64,000 bases of DNA from Tricharina praecox (Eukaryota): positions 992,001 through 1,056,000 of the forward strand of contig NW_026250407.1 in assembly GCF_024521635.1 (NCBI RefSeq), written 5' to 3'. The position numbers and the translations under genes are program-made. The notes under the pieces were generated by a model. The model did no database searches. It was not told the DNA's origin and was given only the letters and a program-made list of their open reading frames with translations. Of this stretch, positions 48,019 through 60,300 are shown in pieces (the stretch's first letter is position 1; the number at the start of each line of letters is the position of its first letter).

Positions 48019-50645
48019 ATGGAACTTTTACGGTGAGTTTCGAGGCATTAGGTTTAAGTAGAGAGAGAAGGGAAAAGAAAAATGACGGGTTTGAGAGGCG
48101 TTGCAGGGGAGGTAGGTCTGTAACTACTTCGCACTGTAGAGCACGGGAAGAGGTGTAGGTAGGTAGAGTAGAGAGTTATGTATCTACGGGGGTGGATATG
48201 GACTTTTTTTTCGATTCGGGGGGTGGGAGGGGGGGTCACAAGGAAAGACAGCGACACACAGAACGATCGGCGTCGGAGGGCAGCGGCGACGGGATGGGGC
48301 CCAGAGAGGGCTGACCAGATTATGCACTCTAGAGAGCCACTTGGGGGGTTAACAAAGCTATAGGTTGGTAGGAGTATGGTATGTAGTTCGGCACTTTGGA
48401 CTCGCGGACTCGAGGCCGAGCCAGTCAACCCAAGCGGAGACTTGGCCTTATGTTGGTTTTTTGGCGTTGAGGTGGCCCGGTATGTGGAAGGAGAATTTGA
48501 AGTTTCAGTGCAGTGCAGTGGCAGTTGCAATTGGAGGGGCCAAGTGTCACGGCGGAAGGACGGAGAGGGAGGGATGTAGAGTATGTTGAATTTGATCGAT
48601 TAACGGAGGGAATAGTTATCACAAGGAGGACCGACCCACAGAGGGGGCGGGATGGGAGGGAGAGGAGGCGAATTGACACAGTTCTAGTTATACGGGATTC
48701 AACCTCATAGGTGGCGGCCGCCTCCTCTTCCTCCTCCTACTCTTCGAGTACGAGCAAAGGCGATACCGAGAATAGAGTACCTCCTACCAAGCGGTGGCAA
48801 GAATTCCGGCCATGCCAGCAGGCAAGCAGCAAGCAGGCAGACAAGACCAGACAGGTCAACTTGGGGCGAAGAGCGGCAAGCGATCGGTACTCTAAAATAA
48901 ATTACCCGGTGCCAGCCATCCATGGCCTGGCCATCAGAAAGAAAGAAAGAGAAAAAAAGAATTCACAATTCGCGACACGAATTGTATTCTTATGTAGATA
49001 CAGACGGCAGATGCCGAAGAAAAGGGAAGGGGGGAAGGGAGAAGGGGAAGGGGAAGGGGGACTTGATGACTTGTGAGACCCTGTCAGCGCATCATCACCA
49101 TCATCACCCTTCCCGCATCGCAGGCATCCCAACATTATCTGTTCCCAACAACAACGACAACCATCCTTTCACGAATGTCCGTGAAGTAACCAAGTAACTC
49201 TCTTTCTCTACTGTAAGAGTGCGCACATCTGTGCATACATATCTGCAACATAAGTACATACCGGTACTCCATCGATTCTCCATCGCCGCTTCTCCGATCA
49301 GCATTTCGATAGGGATGCCGATGCTGGCCGATAGTTGGATAGTTAGCGGTCTGCAACTGCCGATACATAGCGGCGGGGCTGTCTCACAGTCCCACTGCTA
49401 CGGAAATCCATACGTTGCTGATCTTCCCGACGTTACTTGGCGAACACTTTCCGCCGGAAGGAGAGAACACAAGCGGCCTGGAGACTCGAGAGATCCTCTC
49501 CGGCCTCAACGGTGAGGACGAGAAATCACATTGCACACAAACAGTGGCCCCTATCTATCCTCTCATCTGGCCAGGTAGGTTCTCGGTTCTCAATTTTCGG
49601 TTCTCAGTTTTCAGTTTTCGGTGATGGACCATGGTGTAGGTGGGTATAAAGAGGTCCGTGGCACTTTCTTTATGCACGAGCAGTGTCACGCCTGCAGCAG
49701 CAGAAGCAAGCAGCAGTAACTGACGGCCCGACACAGCTAGTTAGCTAGATATCTACATGCTGACTAGCTGGAACCCGAGACGAGACGAGGACATGGTTTC
49801 CCTTGAGCCCCCCAGGGCCCAGGGGGAGGAGGGGCAGCATCGCTTATTCGGAGCTGCGGAAGATGCAATCATGCGCTAGTACTCGGCGAGGAGCCGGTAT
49901 CGGGCTGCGCGGCTTGATGGGTTGGATAGAAACGGAGGGAATGTGGGCATCGTACGCCGTCATGGTCTGGATAAGTAGTTGGGCTGGATTCAAGTATGAT
50001 CGAACTGAAAGGAAGAGAGAAAAAAGCGGGTTCATGGTACGGTAGATAGGGCTGACGAAACGGAAAATATGCAGGTAGATAGTCGGTCACTCAGATTCAC
50101 GAAGAACACTCAAGATTCGAGAAGATCCGGAACATCTGCGAGACAGGCATCGGAAGCGATGAGATGCCGTCTGCTCAAGCCTCAGAGTACACTACATACT
50201 GAGCCACTCCGCAGCCGGGATCAATCACACCGGGGGGAAACGCATCGTAAAGGCGCTCACAAAAGCTCCGTTTATATCTATGTAAGCAGTACGGTCCTGT
50301 GCTTAGGGCTGCCTATCTTGCTCTGCCCAAGTAGGTACGATGCGTACAAACATACAAATCATAAAAATCATACATACGAGTGCCGCTTGCGTCTCCCCTC
50401 CTCCTACGATATGTCCCATTAGCCGCCCGCTGGGCCGAGATCTAGGTATGTTTGTATCTATGTAGGGGTTTCTTCACGGGAGTGATAGTTAACAAGTAGT
50501 GCTGATGTCGACGTACTGGAGGTAGGGTTCTCCGAAGGGGTTAGCCGACAGACGGACGAAACGAGGCGGTAGTTGAGCGTGCGCCGTGCCGTGCAGTGCA
50601 GTTCAATGTATGTGAGTAAGTTGAGTACTACACTAGAGTGAGTAA

Positions 50646-51355
50646 GGCCCTATTCGCGCACCCATTATCTCATCCTGCTACCACATAAATTTGAAAACCA
50701 TTTTTCCACTCATAATTTGAGTGTTCGCTACAACCCAATATCTCACCCATTATGTCAAGTTGGGCTGCGCCACAATAAAAAAAGGGGGGGAGTCTCCAAC
50801 CTCAACCTCAACCACTACCATCACCACGATAATTCAACAATTGGAACAGCAAAAAAAAATATTGAAGAGATCGGAAAAGTGTTTACTGCTGACTCGGCAG
50901 GAAACTTGATTCCTCGGCAGGATTTGGAACTTCTGGAAGCTGAAGACTATGGAAGCGATGGGTTTTATTACAAGTGTCATCCGGGAAGCATTGCAAGAGT
51001 CAATCAACTCACACAGTTACAGTCATTGAAAGAATGACTCTAGTAAGTGGAGAAATGACTCTAGTCAACGAGCAGGAATGACTCCAGTCACCAAGTAGGA
51101 ATGACTGAGTAAATCCGCGAGACTCCCAGCCATTTTTCCATTGCATTTGAGGCTGAGGACACGTATTACATGATGGTTCACTTCCGCTCGCTACTCTTAC
51201 TGGCTAGCTTCTATGTAGCACCTGCAGTAGATGTGGCGTCGCAATGTCTAGTTCAGAAGTCTGTGCGCCGAATCGACATAATGCTAAAAGCATTATGTCG
51301 CGCTAAAGGCTTGGCACATCCACATAATGAGATAATGGTGTGCGCGAACAGGGCC
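50646..51355. mobile_element. Non-autonomous PIF/Harbinger-type DNA transposon (Tourist-like), 710 bp
   Basis: Left TIR GGCCCTATTCGCGCAC-CCATTATCTCAT. Right TIR reverse complement GGCCCTGTTCGCGCACACCATTATCTCAT (1 mismatch, 1 indel). TAA directly flanks both ends (50643-50645 and 51356-51358). Confidence 0.8.
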
Positions 51356-53556
51356 TAAGTAAGAAATACTTACCTGGGTGGGTACTTGCGCGGGTACTCG
51401 ATCTTACTTAACCGGTGCGGGCGGAGATTCGAATTCGCCGCACGGCCTTGAACCTCCGCGCGCGATGCCATGTACTCACTGTACATACGGTACCGGTACT
51501 CTGGGGTGTAATCGCATAGCCATGTATCCGCCCCGCCCCTCCCCCGGGCCCTTCCACCCATGTCCTCAAGGCCATCTACAGTAGGTAAGGCAATCATATA
51601 TGGGCAATACACACATACATACTGCACCGTCTGTACAGGCCCGCAGGGACTGCCATTATAGGTATTAAACCTCTTGAGAGTATAAAGGTAGGGTTGGAAC
51701 AACGGTGCCTGTTCGGTAACAATCCCAGATGCTGGTGCGCTGCTATATAACACACCTTCATACCTACCAAATCATACCTACCAAAGCACCCACTTCACCA
51801 ACTTACTCTATTTGCCTACGCATCCCGGGCCCATCCTACAGCTCTCAAAGCCTTCTGCGATGGATCGTTAGATCATCATCGTCCGTTGCGTACATACTTC
51901 CTACATATCATACCTCCGGATATGTTTGTCGGCAGTACGTTTCGGTGTTTTCTGGACTGGCTGTTTGCCGTTTGCAGTGGAGCAGTGGAGCGGTTTGCAG
52001 TGAAGAGAGAAATATCTCAACCAGCCAATCAGACTTTCGCCATAACCAACTACTCGGCGAGTAATCCGTCCAGATCCCGAAACCGACCTACACTGCCTGT
52101 ATATAAGTGTGGAACAATTTGCAATGTGGAGAGTAGCGTACCACCAGCTTGGGTGCCGTAAACCTAGGGATAATACCTAGGCGGTCCCGTTCTAGGACAA
52201 CCTCCGAAGTCTGGATCCAGCTGGCTGGCGTGTAAAGTAACTACCGCAACCCCCCTCCCCCCACCACGTGCGCGGCAGTCCTCGTCTCCGTCCTCGTCCC
52301 CGTCCCCGGAGGCTCGAGGTTTCCAGTTGATTACACACGATACATGCTCGCCCCCGCCGCGCATAGTTGTGGTGTATTGTACATAATCATTTCCCACCTA
52401 CCCATAAGGCTCTGCAACTCCCCCTCGAATCCGTGCAGATGATGTATACTCTACCATACTCTATTGAAGTGGCCATAGAGCCTGGAGGAGAGAGTCTCTA
52501 GAGAGGCACTCACTCACGCCGATTTCCTGTTTAGTTACCTACACATCCCTAGAGTGGTTATGTAGTGGGCACGGGACGCGCAGATCTCCCGCGCCCAGCT
52601 AACGAAGCGAGGAGAACGCTGAACGCCGAACCTCAGACGTTCGTCGCCAGAGGGCAGGATGAGCTGCGGCTGGGGCTTTGTTGGTCGGTGGTCTGCGCTT
52701 CCAACAGTGGGCTTGGGTTGGGCAGGTGAAGCTCTGTATCTACGGGTGTGAATACCGCCTACCTATGTGCGATTGACGGGAGGGACTGAATTGGGGGTTT
52801 CGTTCCTCTCGGGGACTCTCGCTTCGCTTACTCTAGTTATCGTGGTCAACTATCGAGTGGGAGGATGTGAACATCCTCCAGATACGGTACCTACGGTAGG
52901 CATGAGGGAAATCATCTTTGAAGCCTGAGATGATCACTACTACCATACTGCTATTCTAACACCCGGCTCCGCAATAGCAAGACCCGAGTGATAGCGACAT
53001 AACGCTGGTACTTGTCGCCGCACCTTCGACCTCTCACTCAGAGCTTGGTTGAGGAGCTTCAACATAACTGCACCATCTTGCGTGATATCTAAGGCCAGTT
53101 GATCCCAGATTCCTGAGTGATCCCTTGGGTTAACCACTGGTTGCTGGTTGGAGTTTCGGTGAACAAATTGGGCATTGTACTTAACTGAGTGATGAACTTC
53201 GAAAATTCAGTCAGTCGGCAGACCTAGAATAGGCATTGTGAGGCTGCATCGTTGGCATGTCATCGGTGGACGGCGCAACAGTCAATCGCCAACTGCAACT
53301 GCAATTGCTACTGCAACAGTGAATCACTCGTGACTAGCGGCGGAAGCCAAGTTCCAAGCTCCAAGCGCACTAACTAAACCCTATGCAGCGTGCGCACGGC
53401 GCACGCGGTAACTACTAGTATTTACCCTGAAGATGGCGGGGCAACTTCTAGTTCAGTGTAAGCCTAAAAAAATATCCGCCCCACCAAGGCTCAAGCACGC
53501 CTCCGCCTCGCGCCTCCCATCCCACCTCCCGCAGCACCCTACCACAGTACCACCCA

Positions 53557-54382
53557 ATGCCCTCGGCAAACATCTGGATCGCCGCCTCCGACGGCGACAT
53601 AGTGAGCGTAGGTCAATTCATCGCGGCGGACCCCACGATCGTTAACCGCAAAGACGAGAACGGCTGTGAGTTGTCACTCACCACCTCACCACCTCCCCAC
53701 TTCCCTCCCCACATCCCCACCTCCCCACCACCCCCCACATCCCCCACCGCAAACTAACGGAGTGTAGACACGCCCCTCCACGCCGCCGCGTCCTACAACC
53801 ACGTATCCCTCCTGCGGTCACTGGTGCGCAGCCACGGCGGGAACGTGAACCTTTCTGACGACGACGGGGACACGCCGCTGTTCGTCGCCGAGACTGTCGA
53901 GACCGCGCGGTGCCTCGTCGAAGAGCTCGGCGCTGATGTCGCGCATAGGAATCATGCGGGTTTGACTGTGGGTCTTCTTTCTCGAGGGGAGAGGGGGAGG
54001 GAGGGCGGCTGATAAGAGTGCGAAACAGGCGGCGGAATCGATAGAAGACGATGGCCAGCTGCCGCTGGTGGCAGCGTACCTGCGGGAGAAGATGCCTGCC
54101 ACCGCCGCGGATGGAGAGAATGGCGTCCTGTCGTCAACGCCGACGCCACCGCCGCCGGAGAATGTACAGGTCAGCTATACTACGATGGATCTGGCCGAGG
54201 ATTTAAGTCTTCCGGTGGACGACGAGCTGCGGCGGAGGATCGACGAGTTGGCGCAGCGCGGCGACTTTGAGAGCGAGGAGACACAGCGCGAGCTGAGGGA
54301 GCTAATAACAGGAGTCATGAGGGATCATGTAACGGAGCTCGATGCGCAGCGGAATGTCAGGCCACGGCAGGATGAGCAATAA
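53557..54382 (+). CDS. Small ankyrin-repeat protein (YCR051W-like)
   Basis: NIWIAASDG, KDENG|YTPLHAAASYNH, DDDGDTPLF. Introns 53666-53767 and about 53968-54028. Confidence 0.88.
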
Positions 54383-54541
54383 TGGTCGTTTCTTCGAATC
54401 GGAGGGGTTACATAATACCAGAAATATGCTTAAATTCATGTCTATATTCCGAGAAGAAATCTAGCTCCACCACGCACACAGGTATCTAAGTGTCTATTCT
54501 CCGTACAGCCCAGCCGAAAGAAAACATCTACACGTCAAGAC

Positions 54542-55936
54542 TTAGGCGTCACCCATCGCCTTCCAGTAATCGACGACCGTGTTGAAAACAACCAACAGGA
54601 TTCCTCCTCCGGGTCCGAGACGGAGCACCTTGGGGATGAAACCCTTGTAGAGAGCAGCGAATCCCTCCTCTTTCGCCACCAACAACACCGACGGCACGGT
54701 CCAGTTATACTTGGGAATCACACCCTTGACACGGGTAGTGTTCTGGATCCGCGACTTGACGACGTCGAAACTGCTCTACATTAGGATGCCGTATACGTGA
54801 GGGTCAGGGTTGACATACGGAGTGTTGACAAGCGTTCCAACTGTACCACCGATGGCACCAGCAATGAAGTCGTTCGTCATCTGTCCCCGCTTGGTCTCCT
54901 GCTTGGGCAGCAGTGACCTGATCTGGTGAATGCACCCAAAGTAACCAGCGTTCCATGTGACGTGCCTCCACATCGTGCTCTCGAGACCGTTGTACAGAGC
55001 CAACACACCCTCGTTCTTGATGATCTTCTTGAGAACATCGAACATGCCGTTGTACTTGCTAGCCGAGGCCTTATCTTGTAGGCGGATCTTGATCAGCTCG
55101 AAGGGGACGACGACGAAGGACTCGGTGGCACCGGCGGTAGCACCGGTGAGGACAGAGAGGGCCTGGGTCTGCTGGGTGGTGCCGAAAGCGTTGCGGTAGA
55201 TCTCGCCCCACTTATCATTCGCGGCGAACTTGGTAGCCCTGCACACTCGCACGCGCGATTAAACTACGGCCGGTGTGGGGGAAGACCAAGGTTCTCGTAC
55301 CTCTTGGGAGCCTCCATCATGATGGGTGCCGAAATGCCACGGTACAGGCGCGCGAACCTAAAACCTGCATTAGACCCTCTGCGCACGCGGGCCCGCTAAT
55401 ATGGTGGGGTAAACAACTAACCCTTCCTGCTTAATGATCTTCTTGAAGCAGTCGACCATGCCATTGTACCTATCGTTGCCGACCGCGGTGTGATCTTGGA
55501 GCTGTCTGTAGGCGCACATACCATGGGTCAGAGTGTGTGTCGTGTGCGCTTCCGGATCGGATCCTCGAGGGTGACACTTACACGCGGGTCTTCACGACGT
55601 CCAATGGGTACCTAGATTGCAGGATCGCATGTCAGTGTCGGAATCATGGGTAGTTGTGGGTTCCACAATTGGCAGGAATCTGCAGGGAACCGTAAGGAAC
55701 TGACATCGTGAGAATCTATTCCCGAGTCAGTCACAGGAGAACGACCACTGCTTGCTACAATTCACAGGAACACGAGCTCACCTCCGAGATACCCGCAATC
55801 GCGCCTGTGCACCGCGAAGAGCAAAGATCAGCATCTACGCACAGACACCAGTGCACGCCTGGGATCTCAAAGGGAAGAAGTTACCGGCCGTCAAGGTGAC
55901 GGAAAAGGGAATTGAACCGCCCTTCTTGTCGGACAT
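54542..55936 (-). CDS. ODC1: Mitochondrial 2-oxodicarboxylate carrier (Odc1/Odc2 family)
   Basis: Three carrier signatures (YPLDVVKTR, PFELIKIR, PFDVVKSR), MEAPKRATKFAAND, LYKGFIPKVLRLGPGGGILLVVF. 8 exons. Confidence 0.9.
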
Positions 55937-56959
55937 GATGGATGAGTTGTCGGGGGTAGGATGTCTGTGTTTAGAACGATAGTGTTGAGGGGACGGAGAA
56001 TGGGGATCTGAGGAGAAGAAGAAGAAGGAGAGGTTCTGTGGTTATGTTCTTTCGGATCTTCTGTGTTGCCCTCTGCTTGTCAGTTATCTAGCGGAAAAAA
56101 TGTGTCCGTAATCCGAACTAGTAACACCAGAAGCGGGAAGTGGGGTGCACAGAAACTAGCGAGTGCGACACCTTGACTCTGTCTCTGCGTCGGCGATACC
56201 TAACCCTCTATGAACTCTCCTGAATGGAGCTCCTCCTCGAACCTAACCCTCGACCACTGATTCATATTAGTCCGATTCATGTGATGTTCATCGAATCGCT
56301 GCTGCACTCGAAGATATCGCTGAAGACAGTCCCGTACCCCCACTCCACATGTGGCGTATTTATGCACGCTGGGACAGGGTAGTGGCGCTCGGCAGGGGCG
56401 TTGGAGGTGATGTATGCATGGGTAATCTAGAGTACCTACGGTATGTATAGAGCCATGATACCTGGTCGGAAGAAGAGATTCTCGTTGAAGCTGGATGGCA
56501 GATGTGAGATATATACTCCCGTGAAGCCACCAGGCAGCGATGCATCATTACTTTCTACGGGTGGTCGGTTGGTAGCAATCTGGTGTTTACCGCAGGACTC
56601 GACTCGACAATGACTACTGATCACTGACTAGCATATCGGGTCATTCGAGGCGGGCTGTCATGCACCAATAAGCGTGTACTATACTTGATCCCCCGCGTGA
56701 TCAGCTGCCTATCGAGGAACCCGTAGAAGAGAAAGGCACGAGATGTTTGTACCTCTGTTCCCGCAGAATAGAGCCATACATTCTCACCTACCTATATCCG
56801 ATTGCAAGCACTATCGTCGTACATATACGATGTCCTTTAGAGCATCGAGTCCCTCTCATGCCTGGGCCCTGCTCTCCCCGCAAAATAGTACGTAGGGATC
56901 TCGCTAGTGCTAAGAAATCACATCGAGGCTCATTCCTATCCGGGACGATGTAAAGCCTG

Positions 56960-57004
56960 CGCGTTAAAAACAACTTGTGCAAGTGTCCATCCATCGCGAC
57001 GCGT
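56960..57004. promoter_or_regulatory. MCB-like (ACGCGT) elements upstream of DNA2
   Basis: ACGCGT at 56999-57004 plus neighbouring CGCG cores, about 300 bp before the DNA2 ATG. Confidence 0.45.
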
Positions 57005-57304
57005 TGTCCGTCCCGCCCCATTTTCTGCCCCCAACACCGCCGTTCGCAACAATTGCCACGGCCAAAAAGCTTCGTTCATTTACTACTTACTACACCCACT
57101 GCACGACCAAACCTTCAGCTGCTCCCGGCTATTTTACTGCCATACGTACTCGCTGTTCGGATTCCCACTTCGACAGGACTAGAAAGTCGATATGAATCGC
57201 AAACCAACGAAGAGCTTCTTCGAGCAGGACAATTCCACAAAGGCGAGCTCACTCCCTTCACAACCATGATCTGTTTTACATTCTGCTACAGAATATAGCA
57301 GCTA

Positions 57305-60300
57305 ATGTCCCCGAAGGCCAAGTCAGGATATCGGAAGAAGGCGGTCGGCGGCAACACATCCTCACGACCCAGTAATAGTAATTCATCATCATCATCACTC
57401 CCCGCGTCGAAAGATGCAAAGTCGAAATTGAGCGGATTCGCTTTCGCCAAACCTGCCACGCCGAGCACATCATCACAAGCAGACGATCCCGACCTCGATA
57501 CGACCCCTCGTCACTCATCGGCTCCCGTGATCGAATTGGATGTGCCTGCGGATGTGCCTACTCCCATCAAGACAGTCGCTGGCGATGTCGAACCAGTGCA
57601 ACTACCCACGCCACGCCGCCTTAGATCTCTTAGTGACCTACCAGCAACTCCAAAGCCACGACTGAGTATCGAGCACCTCCTCACCGACGAAGAGAAGGCA
57701 TTCCCCGACAGCCAGCCTGATGATCGGAACGAGGTCCGCGTGACCTGGGAGAGGTCAACACCGGGCGTCCGAATGCGTCACAAGCGGGCTGCCAGTAGCT
57801 CACCACCACCCATTCGCACGCCACTCGGCAAGCGACAAGCCATGTTGTCGAAACCAACAGACGATCCTGCAATGGAGCTTTGGAAGAAGTATGGTCTTGG
57901 GATGGATGCTGGACTGAGGAAGGACCGGCCCGCCAATCCTGCCGTTAGATTGTTTGCCCCTGACCGGGAAGATCGATCTCCGTCCAACCTTCGGCGAGGA
58001 ACCTCAAGCGAAACGCCTGCCACGCTCAACCGGCTGAAGAGGAGGAAGACTCAGTCGTTCGAGCTGTTCCGTGAATCGGAGTCACTGGAATCTGGTCTTG
58101 ATATTCCGGCAGGGACGATAAAGAAGGCCTCGCGGCAGGAGCGTGTTGTGAGCTTAATGGACCAGGTCAAACAGAGCATGAAGCAGAAGGCTAGAGGGAA
58201 ACTACCAATCCTACCATCCTCACCCCCACCGCATGCCGATTCTGAAGATCCCCCACAGTCGTCTCCGTTACATCGCAGTCTTGCGGCGCCACCACAACCA
58301 TCAGCAGTTTCGACAAACATTAGCACAACCAATGACTCGGATTCGGAAGACTTTGGAGATTTTGACGACGCGGATATTGACATGGAGTTCATTGAGAAGG
58401 TTGAAGAGATTGAACGCATTGCGTCCACTGCCCGTCAGTCCCAGGCTCTCGCGCAGTCTCAAGCTCTCGAACAGCATACCTCTCCTCCACCGCAACCGGT
58501 TCCTCCACCACCACCACCGCAATCGCTCGCTCAGCCCGAGGCCGCGACGGTCCTCGACGAGTTTAATGAATCCGGCGACGACGACTTGTTCGGCAGCATT
58601 GAATTCCAAGAGCTTGTGGCACAGTACGATGCGCCAGTGAAGGTTGGTGGCAACGGGTCCCCACACAAACGGTAGATGGGGGAGAAATGGGAATTGTCGA
58701 TTAACTTCTTTGTTTTTGTGCCTGCGAAGGGAAATGCTTCAAGCAGTAGAATAAAGCGGTTTCAAGTAGTTGAAGTGTCCGAAGGACCATATGAACTGGA
58801 TACTCGTAAAGCATCTCGAGTTCAAAAAGTTTGTAATGAAACTTCCATAGCGAATTGATTTGGTGATGGTCGGGGACAACGTTGTGCTGATATTTTCCGC
58901 TTTTTCTTCCACCCAGATTGTGCGCGTCAGGGACGTGGCGTCAAATGGTCTCTACAGGGTGATGCTGAGGGACTCGTGGGCGACTGCTACCACTGTATCC
59001 ACTGGTGTATTCGTCCACATCGTTGGAAGTTTCGACGAGCATGGCGTCTGCGTGGTTGACAGCAGCCACAACTACATCATCGTGAACCCCGATTTCCTCG
59101 TCTCTGCAACGACCGTCGCCGACACAGTGTCATGCATGAGGAAGGCCGCGCTCCAGGAGCGAGTCAAGGCCACGGGTGACATCAGCAAAGCGATGGTCTA
59201 TGGAAACGTCCTGCACGCATTATTCCAAGCAGCGCTGGAGGAGAACGATTTCTCGAATGAACGCCTGAATGCACACATCATCCGGGTCTTGACTGATAAC
59301 ATCGAGAGCCTCTTCCTCTTGCGCGAAGAGATGCCCGTGGCGATCGCCCACGTCCAGTCGAAAATTCCGCTGATACAGGAGTGGGCGAAGCTGTTTGTGT
59401 CGGCGAAACCAAATGTGCGTTTTGCATCTCCTCCCTCTGCGGCGGATGAAACCACGCTGACTGGCTTGGCGTAGGCCAAAGCGACGGTTGCCGACCACCG
59501 CGGTACGACTACGCCCATCGTCGCGATAAACAAGCTGCTCGATATCGAGGAGCACATCTGGTCGCCGAAATACGGGCTGAAGGGCAATATCGACGCCACA
59601 GTACAGGCAATCATTGTCGAACCCGGCACTGGAAAGACCGGTAAGGGCAGAAGCGTCTCGAAGACTTTGACGGTACCTTTGGAGCTCAAGACCGGCCGCA
59701 TGCAGTCGATGGCGCATCGGGCACAGACGATGCTGTACACCCTGCTGATGTCGGATCGCTACGATATCAGTGTTGGCGGTGGACTGTTGTACTATATGGA
59801 GACCAACGAGATGATACGCGTTCCAGCCATCAGGAACGAGCTCAGGGAGCTGGTCATAAAGAGAAATCAGGTGGCGCATCACATCTGTAATCGCGAGACG
59901 CTGCCAGAAATGCTCGAGGATCAACATACGTGCTCTAGGTGCTACGCAAAGACCTCATGCTTTGTCTATCATAAGGTGATTTTGCATCTGGTGTGGAAAT
60001 TGTTAGAGTCTCTCACTAATGGAGTTTGGACAGTTGCTCGAAGACGGAACGCCCGAGAGCAGTGGTGTGATGAAACCGTTCATAGAAAACACGGAGCATC
60101 TGAACGACAAGCACAAGGCGTTTTTCAAGCACTGGGACACGCTCCTCACCAAGGAGGAGAAAGGCTCCGTGCGCTTCCGCCGGGAAATGTGGACGATGAC
60201 CAGCGCCGAGCGCGAAGCCGCCGGCCGCTGCTTCGGCGAGCTCGTCATCGTGCCTGAATCCATCGCTGTAGACGAGAGCAAGCAGCGGATCAACAAATAC

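Noticed and set aside
48310..48325. Possible non-AUG start (ATA ATC TGG, resembling MIW) for SCAP
   Set aside because: A normal ATG at 48018-48016 splices to FWTLISPLR and explains the N-terminus.
51366..51377. ATACTTACCTGG, identical to the U1 snRNA 5' end
   Set aside because: No U1-70K loop, U1A loop (ATTGCAC) or Sm site follows. It is equally a minus-strand consensus donor CAG|GTAAGTAT.
52940..53137. Short protein-like minus-strand ORF
   Set aside because: No ATG start, no supporting splice structure and no recognisable motif.
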